A DNA stretch of 64,000 bases from the NCBI GenBank assembly GCA_965112155.1, contig OZ218102.1. One strand, given 5' to 3'. Below the pieces are notes generated by a model. The model worked only from the letters and a program-made list of their open reading frames with translations, searched no databases and was not told where the DNA came from. Of this stretch, positions 1 to 13,610 are shown in pieces. The translations under genes and the position numbers were made by a program. This DNA comes from Podarcis liolepis (Eukaryota). Within the stretch, counting starts at the first letter, position 1; every line of letters begins with the position of its first letter.

Positions 1-990
1 GTGTTCTGTTCCCCACCACTGCAGTAGCAGTGGCTACTGAGCATGTACAGTTCTCTTTAGGCTGCCTGGAGGGGCGGGAGTTTCTATCAGAGGGAATCCT
101 CCCCCCCCCCGATCTTTTTGACCTTGGGATTCCCCCAGACCTGCTGATCTCTCTCTCTCACACACACACATACAAATAGTTGGTGCCTTTTTTGCTCTAT
201 ACACAACAGCACATAGAAAGCACACTGGAAACAGAAGGAATGATTTGTATTTGTTTTTTATCTCTTGAGGGCATAAACAGGGATTAAATAATTACACTGA
301 TATTCCGCCTGGTAACTGTGGTGGTATTCTTCTGCATCTCAGACACTGCCCCCACCTGCACACGTATACCCTCTCTTACACACACACACAAACTTGGCTG
401 TTCTCTTGGTTTCCTGCATTCATTTTTGAAGTTTCAGACATTGTGTGGATGTGGAGGGGGTGGGGGGAATGAGAAAAGAAAAGGCTTATCCTATTAGTGG
501 AAAGAAATGTTACGCAACTCCTATTTTCTTCTGTGAAGCAGAGCTCTGTAAGATTGTCAGTTTAATATGGTCTTAATTCAAAAGAGGATCATTTCTTAGT
601 GTCATACCCATTGTCTGATCAAGGATTAATATTGGCTTCTGCTCAGTCGTAGTGATACGTTAAATCACCTTTTGGTTAATTAGAAAACTGATGGAGATGT
701 ATAGATTCTTAATTAAAGAATAATAGAATTTGGGTTCGGCTCTGTTTCAGTTGTTTAATTTAGACTGTAGATTTATAGACCTTGCAGTGCACTTCCAACA
801 ATAGAGATACATTTCAGTAGACAGAGACAATTTTGAAAACTAATAGCTTTACTAGCAGGGGAGTCTGTTGTCATTCTTTCCAAATGGAACGCTCACATCG
901 GGGCAAAACTTTGGAAAATGGAATCCAGTGGCAATGCAGATCTGGTTGGGGTGCTGGTTCAGATATCTTATTCTGGTGGCGATACTATAG

Positions 991-1115
991 GGGAAGGATG
1001 CAGCTCAGTGGTAGAACATCAGCCTTGCACTCAGAAGGTACCAAGTTCAATCCTCGCTGTCTTCAAGTAGGGTTGGGGAAAAGGTTCCCGCCTGAAACCC
1101 TGGAGACCTTGCCTC
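991..1115 (+). mobile_element. tRNA-derived SINE (tRNA-Ala-like head; Squam2-like), degenerate
   Basis: A-box-like CAGCTCAGTGGTAGA and B-box-like GTTCAATCC, followed by GTAGGGTTGGG..CCTGAAACCCTGGAGA. The same body occurs at 45488-45660 and 41340-41560. Confidence 0.65.
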
Positions 1116-1534
1116 TGTCATTGGAGATTTGCAAGCTCAAAGGAGAATCCTGCCCCAGTAGGTAGTTCCAAAAAACCTCTAGAATCAATCCAAAGATTCC
1201 TATGGACATAGGAATGGGATGCCTAGCAAGTTCAGGTGTTCAGCTGTAGGATCAAATATGAAGGTTATGGTTAAAACATCATAAAAACATCATAAAAATG
1301 GAACTGATGAATTGGCTCTTACTCCAACAGCCTCATTAGGACCCCTAAATGTTACATTCTTTTCCTTTCTAGTGTGATGGAGTAGAAACGAGTAATGAAA
1401 CTCTGGGAGTTTTTCTTTTCGAGCAATGAAACTCTGGGAGCTGTCTATTGCATGCCAAGGCCCTGTGACCCAGCAGTTCCCCAGGGAGTGAATAACCAGA
1501 CAAGACAACAGCATATTAGGTTGATGGGATCATA

Positions 1535-2031
1535 GGTACATGCTCTGATTATCTCCTGCTTGGACTACTGCAATGCATTCTATGTGGGGCTACCTTTGAA
1601 GGTCACCCACAAACTACAGTTAATCCAGAATGCGGCTGCCAGACCTGTGATGCCAGGACCATATTACACCAGTCCTAAATGATCTCTGGTTCCCAGTATG
1701 TTTCCGAGCACAACTCAAAGTGTTGGTGCTAACCTTTAAAGCCCTAAACGGCCTCAGCCCAGTATACCTGAAGGAGCGTCTCCATCCCCATCACTCAGCC
1801 CAGAGAGTTCCAGCTCTGAGGGCCTTCTGGCGGTTGCCTCACTGAGAGAAGTGAAGTTACAGGGAAGCAGGTTTTCGATGGTCGCACCCACCCTGTGGAA
1901 CACCCTCCTGGCAGACAACTATTTAGCTTTGCGTAGACATCTGTTTGGGAAGATTATAATGCTTGAGGTCCCCTCCTCTTTCCCTCTGTATTCTGAAGAG
2001 TGGCTCGGGCAACCCGTTCAGGTGGGCAGGA

Positions 2032-2093
<62 letters not shown>
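1535..2093 (+). mobile_element. L2-clade LINE 3' fragment ending in (AAT)n
   Basis: Broken frames encode [20 protein letters not shown], the RT C-terminal region typical of L2. Homologous to 24254-25143. Confidence 0.85.
2032..2093. repeat. (AAT)n microsatellite
   Basis: About 20 perfect units at the LINE tail. Confidence 0.97.
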
Positions 2094-2095
<2 letters not shown>

Positions 2096-2509
2096 TAATT
2101 TGTTCTGATTGGAGTGGGGGTTCTGCAATATCTGCAGGTCCACAGCTTAGTCGCCCCTAGTTTAAAAGGCAAGGTAGAAGTAAATGGGAGGGAGGAATAT
2201 GTCCTTGATAGTTATTGCAGGCCAAGGTAGAAAGGTACACAAAAACGTTGGGTACCATTTTCTAAGATGCACTCTACAAGACACAGCCTTGATTTGCTGT
2301 ATTGAGCTATTTGGTTTGCTGGAAAGAAAAGCAAGCTTTTTAAAAAAATAGTAAAGCGATTGTACATTACGAGGCAAAGAATACCTTTTGATTAGGTTAA
2401 GACGACATGCTCTCTCCTCCTGCTTCTTCACCCTTGATTGCTTTTATATGGCCTAGCTGCTTTTGCTCTATTTTTGTGTACCAGCTCACCATTCATAAGA
2501 CATGGCCTT

Positions 2510-2682
2510 GTATGGGGTCAGAGAGAGGACTGGTCCATCTCTCTCAGTTTTGTAGACACTGACCACAGCAACCTCACCAAGGGTTTCAGATGAGAGACTT
2601 TCCCAGACTTACTGGGAGATCCCAATGACAGGTCCATGGACCCTCTGCATTCAAAACATGTGCTCTGTCACTGAGGCATGGT
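2510..2682 (-). mobile_element. Squam2-like tRNA SINE, degenerate
   Basis: Reverse complement resembles the 45488-45660 SINE from head to tail. Confidence 0.5.
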
Positions 2683-4141
2683 CTTCCAAATTATCTGTCA
2701 GAAATTTTGACCTGAGTCTGTGCAGGTGGGTCTTTCATCTTTGGCCTCCTCAATGCTGCTGGCGCATGAATTGTGCATTTTGATTTTGTTTTTTTCCTCC
2801 CGATAGAGCAGATTTTTCTTCTGAGGGCTTCAATAAGTTTCGTGTCACTAGGTCTGTATGAGAACAAGAGCTGCCTGACATGCTTATTAAACTGCAAAGT
2901 AATGAAAAAGGCATGTGGCATAATGAAAAAAAAAGTGACCCAGTTTTTTGTGCTGGCGGGTGAGAAGTACAAGCACAGACCAGGGCTTTTAAGCAATGGC
3001 AGAACCCCTTGGCTAGGGGCAGCTGAGGGGAGAAAAGAGTCTGGCTGCTTTCAGTAGGCCTGCTTAGGGGAGCCAGTTTGGAAGTAATGGGGCAATAGTC
3101 TTTATGGCATTTTAGGAACCTAGGAAGATGCCTTGCACTGGGTCACCACCCTTTTTAGGCCATTTGGATTTTTATGTGAGTACTATGAGTACCATCCTAT
3201 CTGGACACTTCCATCTGAATTAATCTGAGCCTTGAAAAGTACATATAGGAAGAGGAAGTGGTAAAGTTCGTCCCCCTTTCTCCTCCAGCTTTATGTACTA
3301 TTTGAGGGAGGAAAAAGTTGCCACCCTCAACACCTCACGACCAAGGGGGCAGGGGAGGAGCCCAGTGGCTTTATAGGCAGCAGGAAACACCTCAAAGGCA
3401 TCATGTGGGCAACCCCTGGCTAAACTGACTGGCAGCAGTTCTCAAGGGTGTCAGGCAGGTCTTACCAAGCCCTACTTGGCATTTCTGGGGATTGAACCTC
3501 GCAGACGTTCTACCACTGAGCTTCAAGCTATGTCTGAAGCTACGTAGCACTTCTGTGTAGGTTTTAATGGTAGACCATTTTTGTCACGTGAAAAGGAATG
3601 AAGAGTTGCCATTTGAAGCCAGAGGCCAGGGGCAGATCAGCTGTTAAAGGAATGTATGGAGATGTTATGACCAGGACGGGGCAGGGGGAAGCCAATCAGG
3701 GAAAATAAGAAAAGAGCTATGTAGATTTTGGGGGGGATACCTTCCTGTGTGGCATGGTAGGACATGCTCTGAGCATCTCTGAGGAGATTTAGTAAGTCCT
3801 GAATGGAGGTTAGCAAATCTTTAAAACAAGCACCCCTCTCCACGTGATTTATGATTGCGATGGTGGCATGAAGCAAGGCTGCTGGTACGCTTGTGTTTCC
3901 TGTTGGCCTTGTTCCACCACTGTCCACATACGGGGTTTTTGGGGGGCGGGGAAGGGGTGTTCAGAAATATCTATAAAGTAAAGTGTGCTGTATGCATTTA
4001 TGCTCAGCAGACTTTCCTTTATGGATATTCCCCCCCAACATGTGGACAGGGTGAGAGGGTGGAGCTAGGAGGCGCAGCCCCAGTCTCCCATCTAGGGAGG
4101 GGGATTGCTACAAAAAGGTGAAGAAAGAAGCCTGATTGGTG

Positions 4142-4388
4142 CCTGCTCCTGCCAACCTAGCAGTTCGAAAGCACGTCAAAGTGCAAGTAGATAAATAGGT
4201 ACCACTCCGGCGGGAAGGTAAACGGCGTTTCCGTGCGCTGCTCTGGTTCGCCAGAAGCGGCTTAGTCATGCTGGCCACATGACCCGGAAGCTGTACGCCG
4301 GCTCCCTCGGTCAGTAAAGCAAGATGAGCACCAGAACCCCAGAGTCGTCTGCAACTGGACCTAACGGTCAGGGGTCCCTTTACCTTTT
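4142..4388 (+). mobile_element. Sauria SINE (Squam1), 5'-truncated
   Basis: CCTGCCAACCTAGCAGTTCGAAAGCAC..GTGCAAGTAGATAAATAGGTACC body and ACCTTT tail. Matches the 43785 copy. Confidence 0.9.
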
Positions 4389-6390
4389 TACATGGTCATC
4401 AGCCAGGAGGCTAATTTCTTGCCTCCTTTTGTCTCATTGGTTTGTGTACATTTTCCAGAGTTACAGGAGTACCCTTGGCATTCTGCGTTTGCCCCAAATT
4501 TCCCCCAGATTTGGGGAGACTGGCTTCTTGAATTTTGCACATCATGCAGAACAAGTCAATGGAATCTGCGCCTGTACCACTTCAGACTGCAAATGGGGTG
4601 CTACTTTTTAAATGCTCCCTCACATAAAAGAAGTCCCCATCCCTAGCTTGAAGTTGAAGAGAGAAGCTCAGCACAGTCCCTTTTCTGATACAATTGGCTT
4701 ATTCTGTAAATAAAGCTTTTGGTATTACCCTTCCCCCTCTGCCCACCCACAGTCTGAAGTGGTACGTTCCAGGATTCTGTCGTGTCAGTCTTATCTCTGC
4801 ATCATGCATAATGTGTAAACTGGAGTGGCTCTTATTTAGTATTATGCGATGTTCTCTAGACCTGAAAGCCCAAACTGTGTGCATCAGCTCAGACTGGCTG
4901 TGCTTGTCACAGATGTGTGCTTGCTGATAGATGAAAGATTTAGAATTTTAACTTTGAACTAAGAGAGGGGGATTGCGGGGGGGATGAGGGACGGACCTCA
5001 ACACTTCTATTCTCAATTTCATTCATGCAGGAAACAGGCAAACAGGAAGTATCTTCCCTAAGTCTCAGGCTTTGCCATTTTTATTTATTTAATGATTAAT
5101 CTGTGAAGCAGAGCAAAATAAATCAGAATTTCATTCCCAGCAGGACTGACCTAAAAGTTTGTGCTCATAAATGTGTATTACAGTAATCTATAAATCGCAT
5201 TTTCATACTCTGCTTTTTCTGCATTTTACTAATTTGCATGTCTGCTTTCTTGTATGCATCTGTTTCAGTTTGTTTGCCTAATTATATTTCTGCTTTACAC
5301 TTTCTCCAGGGAGCTCAGGGTGGCAGACATGGTATTCTATATATTTTTAAAAAACCCCACCTGCACTTCTTAACTTGTCTCATCAGGCTTTTGCACTGGA
5401 TCACATCAGATAACAATCAGTATAATTAAAAACAGAAGAAAAATTAGATCAGACATCCTCTAGGACTTGATCCAGTCCTACAGTAGGTACCATGTGGATA
5501 CAGGAAGGAATTATGTTAGAGTGGGTGACCAATGCAGTATCCTCCATATGTTGTTGGACTCAACCCCCATTTGACCCAGCCAACATTAATGATGAATATG
5601 AGAGGCCCCATCTGTATTGGCATCCCACTGGCTTTCGAATATGTACCTGCTTATACAGGAATTACCTTGGTCTCTCAACATCTGTTGTTTTAATGGGGTT
5701 GCTTTACTGTGTATTTTAAAGGTGGAAGGTGGTATTTTAATGTCTGTAGAACTAGTTTTTATGTTTTGTAAATTGCTGGGAAACCTTTTTGGCATCAGTT
5801 ATCTATGCCCTGGTTACATCCAGGCCCTATTACTGCAATATTGTTTTCTATGTGGAGCTGCCTTGAAAAACAGCCTGGAAGCTTCAGCTGGTGCCCAGTG
5901 CCATGGCTAGTTTGCTGTTTTGGTCTCTGTACATGGAGCCCATAACTCCATTCTTGCTCCTTTGGCATTTGCTGTCCAGTCATTTACAGGCTCAATTTAA
6001 TGTGCTGAATGGTTCAGAAACCAAGTCCTCCAATACCAACCTGCCCATACTTGTAAGATTACCTTTGGAAGCCCTGCTCTATATAGGTTCAATTTATATG
6101 TGATGTCAGGTGGCTAGGAATGAGAGACTGGGCCTTCTTGATGATTGTGCTGATGTTATAAAATTCGTTCCTGATGGGATACCTGCAGAGAAACCTCTCA
6201 TTTTGTTTATAAAATGCCAGTGAATCCTTTTTTAAAAACTTGTTCTTAATGTGTGATCTACTGTTGTTATAAAATCTTTCCCTTTTATTTGTTGGAGGGT
6301 TTGGGTTTTTGTACTGTTGCCTTACTTCAAGTTTTTATCATTTTTGCTATTATTGTGTTTGTTTAGCCTTGACTGCCTTTTCGTTCTGGT

Positions 6391-6965
6391 TGTTGTTGTT
6401 TAGTCGTTTAGTCGTGTCCGACTCTTCGTGACGCCATGGACCAGAGCATGCCAGACACTCCTGTCTTCCACTGCCTCCCACAGATTGGTCAGACTCATGT
6501 TTGTAGCTTGGAGAACACTGTCCAGCCATCTCGTCCTCTGTCGTCCCCTTCTCCTTGTGCCCTCCATCTTTCCCAACATCAGGGTCTTTTCCAGGGAGTC
6601 TTCTCTTCTCATGAGGTGGCCAAAGTATTGGAGCCTCAGCTTCATGATCTGTCCTTCCAGTGAGCACTCAGGATACGTTTGATCTTCTTGCAGTCCATGG
6701 GACTCTCAAGAGTCTCCTCCAGCACCATAATTCAAAATCATCAACTCTTCGGCGATCAGCCTTCTTTATGGTCCAGCTCTCACTTCCATACATCACTACT
6801 GGGAAAACCATGGCTTTAACTATATGGACCTTTGTTGGCAAGGTGATGTCTCTGCTTTTTAAGACGCTGTCTAGATTTGCCATCGCCTTTCTCCCAAGGA
6901 GCAGGCGTCTTTTAATTTCGTGACTGCTGTCACCATCTGCAGTGATCATGGAGCCCAAGAGTCCA
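6391..6965 (-). mobile_element. Bov-B (RTE) LINE 3' fragment with (CAA)n tail
   Basis: Encodes LGSMITADGDSSHEIKRRLLLGRKAM..KLRLQYFGHLMRREDSLEKTLMLGK..RRRGRQRTRWLD. 11-bp TSD TTCGTTCTGGT at 6380-6390 and 6966-6976. Confidence 0.93.
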
Positions 6966-7208
6966 TTCGTTCTGGTACACAATCCTAAAGAGGTCACTGT
7001 GCTAAGGGATACCTTTCTCCCCTTTTCAGTACTGAGAGATGTCAGGGTCCAACTGTGTTAACAGCACTGTGTAGGTGTTGGAGTAGGTACTAAACCCTTT
7101 AAGCGTGGGTTTCATGGACAATTATGCAGGGTTAGCAACAGACAGCATTTTATTTGAGGAATGATAAAAACACTAAACTGAATTCTGGACTGGGTGCTAG
7201 TGTAAATA

Positions 7209-7468
7209 CAGTGGACACTCAGGTTGCGAACGTGATACGTGTGGGATGCATGTTCGCAACCCACAGCATTTGCAACCCTCAGCGGCATGTCTGCGCACGC
7301 GCAGGTTGTGATTCGGTGCTTCTGCGCATGCACAAAGTGCGATTTAGCATTTTTGCGCATGTGTGGCTGCCGAAACCTGGAAGTGACCCGTTCCGGCACT
7401 TCCGGGTTTCGGCCGTCTGTAGCCCAAGAAAACACAATCTGAAGTGTCTGTAACCTGAGGCATGACTG
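7209..7468. mobile_element. Tc1/mariner (Tigger-like) MITE
   Basis: Flanked by TA. Imperfect terminal inverted repeats (TIRs) CAGTGGACACTCAGGTTGC / GTAACCTGAGGCATGACTG. Confidence 0.75.
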
Positions 7469-7895
7469 TAGTAATCTTCTAAATGCATTCCTACCCAGCT
7501 AATTTGCTCTACTCTCCACCCTCTTTGAACTGTGAGCTGACACTCCCCAACTGTTTTCCCCAACTCCATGCTCCCTTCAACTCTCCACACTCACTGGCAT
7601 TAACACAGCTCAGCCCAAGCAATCTTCTTCCTCACTCCCCTCCAGACACAAACCCCAGATTTGGTTCATTGCATTGGCACAAATCAAATTAACAGAAAAG
7701 ACTGCAGTGCAACAGAAAGAGAATCACAGACTCTCCAAGTGTCCTTATTTACAAGGGGCAGCCCCAGATTTACAGAAGCCATTCATGTTTCTGATGTGAT
7801 CCTGGAACGTCCCATTTTTCCATAGGACATCCCTATTTTCATCAGAGAAATGTTGGAAGGTATGGAGTTATGCGACCCCCGAGCCAAGGAGATAT

Positions 7896-8146
7896 GGGGC
7901 CAGTGTGGTGTAGTGGTTAAGAGCGGTAGTTTCATAATCTGGGGAACCGGGTTCGCGTCTCCGCTCCTCCACATGCAGCTGCTGGGTGACCTTGGGCCAG
8001 TCACACTTCCTTGAAGTCTCTCAGCCCCACTCACCTCACAGAGTGTTTGTTGTGGGGGAGGAAGGGAAAGGAGAATGTTAGCCGCTTTGAGACTCCTTAA
8101 AGGGAGTGAAAGGCAGGATATCAAATCCAAACTCTTCTTCTTCTTC
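7896..8146 (+). mobile_element. CORE (MIR/Ther1-related) SINE with (CTT)n tail, Squam3-like, young
   Basis: tRNA head GTGGTGTAGTGGTT..GGTTCGCGTCTCC, CORE-like GGGTGACCTTGGGCCAGTCAC, (CTT)n tail, ATATG on both sides. Confidence 0.8.
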
Positions 8147-8290
8147 ATATGTAACCATGCAACCTGTAGAAGGCATCTGAAGGCAGCCATGTATAGGGAA
8201 GTTTTTTACTATTTAAGTATGTTTTTATATATGTTGGAAGCTGCCCAGAGTGGCTGGGCAACCCTGTCAGATCAGAGGGACATTGTAAAT

Positions 8291-8336
<46 letters not shown>
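8291..8336. repeat. (AAC)n microsatellite
   Basis: About 15 units following an L2-type tail. Confidence 0.97.
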
Positions 8337-9630
8337 GAATAGGACTTCCCTATTTTCATCAGAGAAATGTTGGAGGTTATGGAATCAGGAGTAGTTACTC
8401 CATACATTCCTCCAGGGATAGACAAAGTGAAACAATATAAGTCTAATTTTCTCCTTAGGATGCATGCACACCCCCACACACTTGCTGTGTCTGTAACTAT
8501 TAGCGATAATAGAGCTGTGCTCGGGAAAGAATGGATGCCACGCTCCACAGGCTAGTCAAGAAGAAGCTATCTGTTCGTGGTCATTTTGAGAGGGAGCTTA
8601 AGAGGCTGTTTCTACTCCGTTGCAAAAGGTGTATTGGTGGAAATCTCTGTTCAGGATATATAACAGTTTTATTGCACTGCGTCATCTGCTATGGCATCTC
8701 CGACCAGAATCGAGACTTATGGAACAAGACTTGATGTTTTCGGGATCTCTGGGTAAAAAGGCCAGCTACTTTAATTTCCTTCCCTTTCAATATATTCTCC
8801 AGCTGTGATTGATATCCCTTCAGGTAGCAATGATATATTTTAGACGTTATCTCTCTGCTTATTGCATTGATATTGCAGTGTATTTCATCTCCTGCTTGTG
8901 GCTGGGACTGCAAACCGAGCTGCTTCAAGTAATGTCCTCTGGATAACTGGAGCACAACATCGATGCATTTCGCGGTGATATCTGGAAACATGACAGAGTT
9001 AGAACACATTAAACACAGTGAAGCTGTTTATTCCCCCTAGCCCACAAATAAGCAATCTATGGTGATACTCAGAATGTGGAGGTAGGACAATCCAGGGCCC
9101 TTGAAACACAGTGTTGACACCTCACCCAAAACCAGGTGGATCTGTAAGTTTGACCTTTTTCTCTCCAATTTTGAGAAGTTCATAGGAGCTAAAGGATACG
9201 TAAGTTGCATTGAGCAAGGCAATGTTTTTTACCTGCTTGTTTCTGCACTATAGGGCATAGCTCTGGTTGGTAGCTGGGCTGCAGCCGTGCTTCCTAGGCC
9301 ACCATTTCTCCTTTTGCAAATGATGGGCCTCATGGTCCCAAGCAGGCTTGTCAGCCCCTTGGGTTGGCTACGTCCTTTGCTGTTCCTGAATAGCAACACC
9401 CCCCCTGCTGTGTTTTCAGCCTTTCATCTGGAGGATGTTGCTCCCTGACTCATTATGGTGAAACATTGTTAGCTGCTCCTGCCTTGATCCCTGGCCTTAT
9501 TTGACCGCTTCTTCACCCACATTGTCATTGTCTTTGCCTTCCTTGTTTGCTTTGGGCTTCTCTTACAGAACTAGCCTCCCAACAAAGACAGCCTGGTTTT
9601 CTTGCCAAAGAAGCCGGGGGGGGGTATCAC

Positions 9631-9781
9631 CAGTGCTATTACCCCCTAAAAATGTTTAGGGGTACTCTTGTTTTCCTACTCATATTGAAATACTGACCCC
9701 TCAATGAGGCCAAACTTAGATTCACAAAATGTTTAGGGGTATGCGTCCCCCTGCGCCCCTCCCCCCCAGAGAAAAGCGCTG
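9631..9781. mobile_element. hAT-type MITE
   Basis: Ends CAGTGCT / AGCGCTG. Near-identical 8-bp flanks GGTATCAC (9623-9630) and GGTATTAC (9782-9789). Confidence 0.7.
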
Positions 9782-11856
9782 GGTATTACATACCCCTCAA
9801 CTTTCCCAGAAAAAACCTGTGACACCCTGTTCCCCTTCCCCCCAAGAGCACGGTGGCTGTTCTGGGTGTCACAATGTCACCCCGAGAAACACTTTTTTGG
9901 GGCCTCAATATCACATGGGTCATGTGACTCATGGGGGAGTGGGGCCCCGGAGGATGGCACCCTGGTTTGGTTATTTTTTGCAGTGTGTTGGAGGGTATGG
10001 TACTGCTTTCCTTGTAGCCTGATCTCCCCAAAGAGCAATCCTGCAAGGACTCCTCTCTTGATAGGCCCCGATTCTGCAGGGAAGTGTCAGGCTTGGTTTA
10101 TTTAGGTGATTTATGTACCGCCCTTTGCACAAACCCCATTACAATAAAAACAATTGCTTTTTGAAAACCCATGGTCCAGAAATGACGCACAACAAACAAT
10201 AACTGAAGGCCAGTGATGAATAACAGGAGCAATCAGGTCTCTCCTCCTCCAAATGCCCCCCCCCCCAAAGATGCATCTTGAGCAATCTCCTGAATCTATA
10301 AAGAAGTGAGGCTAGGTGCACCTCAGTAGGACAAGAGTTCTCAGTAGGTGCAAGGAGCCACCACCGAAAAAGCCCTTTCCCAGGACTTCACATCATGTAC
10401 TTCATCCTGTGCAGGGATCACCAGGAGGGCCTCACCTGCTGATCTTAAAGGATGAGGCAGGCCAGTATGGGAGAAGGCATTGTCACAGATCCACTCAAAG
10501 CATAGCAGGGGTGTTGGGCAGAAATCTTGCCTGAGATCACTGTGCCACTACTAAGCAGGCTCCCTTTTGGCCTTCAAAGTACCTTGAACATAAAGCTGCT
10601 CTGTGGCAGCCGCCCTCCTTCTACTGTGAATTAAGTAGCACAGAATGGAAAAGCTGGAAGGGGCACAGGGGAAATGTATTTAATGGCTAAAACTGATGAC
10701 GTTAAGAAATGATACAGCGTCCACAGAAGACCATGAAAACCCTTTAAGGCAGTCTGAGTGCAGCGAGTGCTCTTCACGTGAGTCTCCTTTGCTTGCACAA
10801 TCTCAACTGCGGAATTAAAAGCAAAAGACTGAGGATGGTCTCATCTAGCATGAAATAGCTGCTCTCTACAGCAAGACATGAAAAGTTTCACTCGGGCTGA
10901 TTAATTTTTGATGCATTATCCTTTAAATAGCATGCAGAGCAGCGATGCAAAGAGGAGACAGCTTCTGATGCTGACAAGGAAATTAGCCCTCTGGTTGCTG
11001 AGTGGTGGGTGTTTTTTCTGAGCTGTAGCCCATGGAGTCTGAATTAAAAATAGGAGAAACAATACGGATGGACCACGGCAATAACACACAGCCGGTGGTT
11101 GTGATACCAACAAGCATTTCAGAAGTTTGTTTATGTAGAGATATGTGTCACACACTTTCTTAATATAATTAATGATTTTTTAAAAACTCACCAGGCTTTA
11201 ACTCTCAGTTGTTATTATTGCTTCGAAGTTGTTCTACTGTATTTTGCTTTTGAAATGGTTGTAAGCCACCTTGCGGGTTTTTGAGGCCAAAATCATCTTA
11301 ATAAATAAAATAAAATAAAAATAAAATATTTAAAGCCTGGAGGGAGGACTTGTATGTTACAATGACCCTTGCATTGCGCACTGTATCTCCCTCCCCCCTG
11401 CAGTGAGGTGCTTTTCTTTGCTTTTTCCTTATAGCAGTGACTTGCACGAGAGAAAGCAAAAGGGGTGTTCTGTTTGGGTGTTCTCTTTGCCTCCCCGCTC
11501 ATGCTATTATCACTGCATGATAGCAAGAGAGGGGGCAGGTATCATAGAAGCACCATCACTGGTCCCACAGCCTTCCATGTGCTGGGACTGAATTGCTTCA
11601 GGAAGGAACCTGCTGTACCCCTGAGGTCCTAAATCACCCCTTTTTGTAATCTGTTTCATAATTGCAAACTGCTTGCAGAACACATTGGCAATTAAACAGT
11701 GTAGTAAATAGTTGTGGTGATGTGAGCCTGTTGCAAGAAAGAAGCCTCTGGGTGTGTAAGCTTTATGAGTCAAGGCTCCATTCCTGCTTTTGTTGTTCAT
11801 GCTTACATGTGTCTATAACAGTTGAATAGGACCGATCATATAACAATATTATTGAT

Positions 11857-11990
11857 AGGTAGCCGTGTTGGTCTGCCATAGTCAAAATAAAAAAATTCCT
11901 TCTAGTAGCACCTTAAAGACCAACTAAGTTAGTTCTTGGTATGAGCTTTCGTGTTCATGCACACTTCTTCAGATACACTGAAACAGAAGT
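11857..11990 (-). mobile_element. Penelope-like element terminal (pLTR) fragment
   Basis: GTAGCCGTGTTGGTCTG..AGCACCTTAAAGACCAAC..GAGCTTTCGTG..CACTTCTTCAGATAC, resembling reptile Penelope ends. Three copies in the window. Confidence 0.75.
11939..11976 (-). ncRNA. Minimal hammerhead ribozyme motif (Penelope-associated)
   Basis: Minus strand reads GTAT CTGAAGA AGTGTGCATGAACAC GAAA GCTC ATAC: CUGANGA and GAAA core boxes, stem II, stem I GTAT/ATAC, palindromic AGCT in place of stem III. Confidence 0.7.
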
Positions 11991-12078
11991 TGGAATTTTT
12001 TTATTTTAACAATATTATTGTTATTGTTCTGTTATTCTTATTGACTAGATGTTTGAGAAAATATTTCTTTTGGCCAGT

Positions 12079-12208
12079 CAAATGGATGAACAACTGTCTG
12101 ACTTTTAGAAGACATCTGCAGTTTTTAATGTCTGATGTTTTAAATATTCTGTTGGGAGCTGCCCATTGTGGCTGGGGAAACCCAGCCAGATGGGCGGGGT
12201 ATAAATAA

Positions 12209-12270
<62 letters not shown>
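12079..12270 (+). mobile_element. L2 3' tail with (ATT)n microsatellite
   Basis: ACTTTTAGAAGACATCTG..GCTGGGGAAACCCAGCCAGATGGGCGGGGTATAAAT followed by (TAT)n at about 12212-12270. Confidence 0.85.
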
Positions 12271-13474
12271 TTGGTTTGTGACACTCTTAAAACATAAATC
12301 ATTGGTGTGTTGTTTTAAAGAAACCATGTTAGAAATTCATGAAACACCTAAAACACTGTAAAAACCCCAAAATGGCACTGCAGTGCAAATAAATAAAAGT
12401 TCACTGTTTGTATCACAGGGGACAGGTAATGGGGGGAGAAACTTACCTTGACTCCTTTCAGTTTTGGCCAGGGGAACATAACAAAAAATGAGAAGCCAAG
12501 TCCCCACCCCCAGCCTCCCTCCAATTTAAGCCACTGTTGTGTAGTTCCTGACAGACATCTTGAAAAAAACAAGGTAATGCAGTGATGGAGATTATGTAGA
12601 TACTCACCAGGGGGACATGGTAGAGAGAGCCAGAAAAGGGGGCAAAGGAGGTCCCTCAAACAGAGGGAGGGCACCAACACATGCTCCCCCAAAGCGTTCT
12701 AAAACAATAGCTAAAGGGGGAAGCACAAATCTGTGCTTCTCTGTAGTTTGAATGCTTCACTTAACTTGATTCTCCTACCTTTTTCATCAACATAGCAAAA
12801 ATACTTGGTCTGTTTACAATGTTCTGGTTAGAATTTGTCAGCAATATTTTTGGAGTTTGGTGAGACGATAAGACTCTGAGCATGGGACCTAAGTGGAACA
12901 CATGGCAGAAGATAACATGGTGTGTTATCTTCTGACATTCTAGTATCGAAGGATCACTAGAATGCTGGGCATGCATATTGGTCCTTTTGTTGGAAGAGTA
13001 TTTGCCAGTTATTAAAGACCCTGTTTGTGATGAGTCAGGGATACAGGATAAATAGAAGCGAGGAGTATTTCAGATAATGTCTTCTTCCATTATCTGTTAT
13101 CTTCTAGCCAGAGCTGCCTTGATTAGAGCTTGCACCTATTCCTTTTTGCTTTTTGTAAAACTGCGTCGAGTCATTTTTAGGGCCCTGAGCAGTTTGCAAG
13201 GCTGGCATTGTTCAGATCTCTTGCTCCTAGAGAGCTGTTTCTTCAATGAGCCAGATGGCATGGCTGGACAGCTGCTGATCGCCGCACACTGCCTTCTTGC
13301 TGCTAGCCTTAAGAACTGAGGAATCTGCCATATAATGATCGACAGCATTGGTTGATCTAGCTCAGCATTGCTGATACTGAATGGTAGCTAGTCCCCAGGA
13401 GTCTTTTCCAGTCTTACCTGAAGCTTCTTCTACATACAAAGCACATTCCTGCATTGCAGGGAGTTGGACTAGAT

Positions 13475-13610
13475 CACTGTTTCCCAAATATGGCTCACCA
13501 GGTGTTTTTGGACTACAGTTACCACCATCCCTGAACACTGGTCCGGCTAGCTAGGGATGATGGTAGTTGTGGTCCAACAACAACTGGAGACCCAAGTTTG
13601 GGAAACCCTA
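13475..13610. mobile_element. hAT (Charlie-like) MITE inserted into a CR1-type tail
   Basis: TIR CACTGTTTCCCAAA / TTTGGGAAACCCTA. Exact 8-bp TSD GACTAGAT at 13467-13474 and 13611-13618. The flanks rejoin into GGACTAGATGA..CCTTCCAACTCTACAATTCTATGATTCT. Confidence 0.88.

Larger units (their letters stand above)
7727..8381 (+). mobile_element. Composite non-autonomous DNA transposon (MITE with duplicated 3' end, captured L2 tail and (AAC)n), interrupted by a SINE
   Basis: TIR CAGACTCTCCAA / TTGGAGGTTATG. GAATCA on both flanks. Internal direct repeat TAGGAC.TCCCTATTTTCATCAGAGAAATGTTGGA. A second copy lies at 22544-22900. Confidence 0.75.

Noticed and set aside
6400-6997. Bov-B peptides (also near 34623-34928 and 44817-45397) as functional CDS
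   Set aside because: 5'-truncated LINE remnants with deletions and frameshifts.
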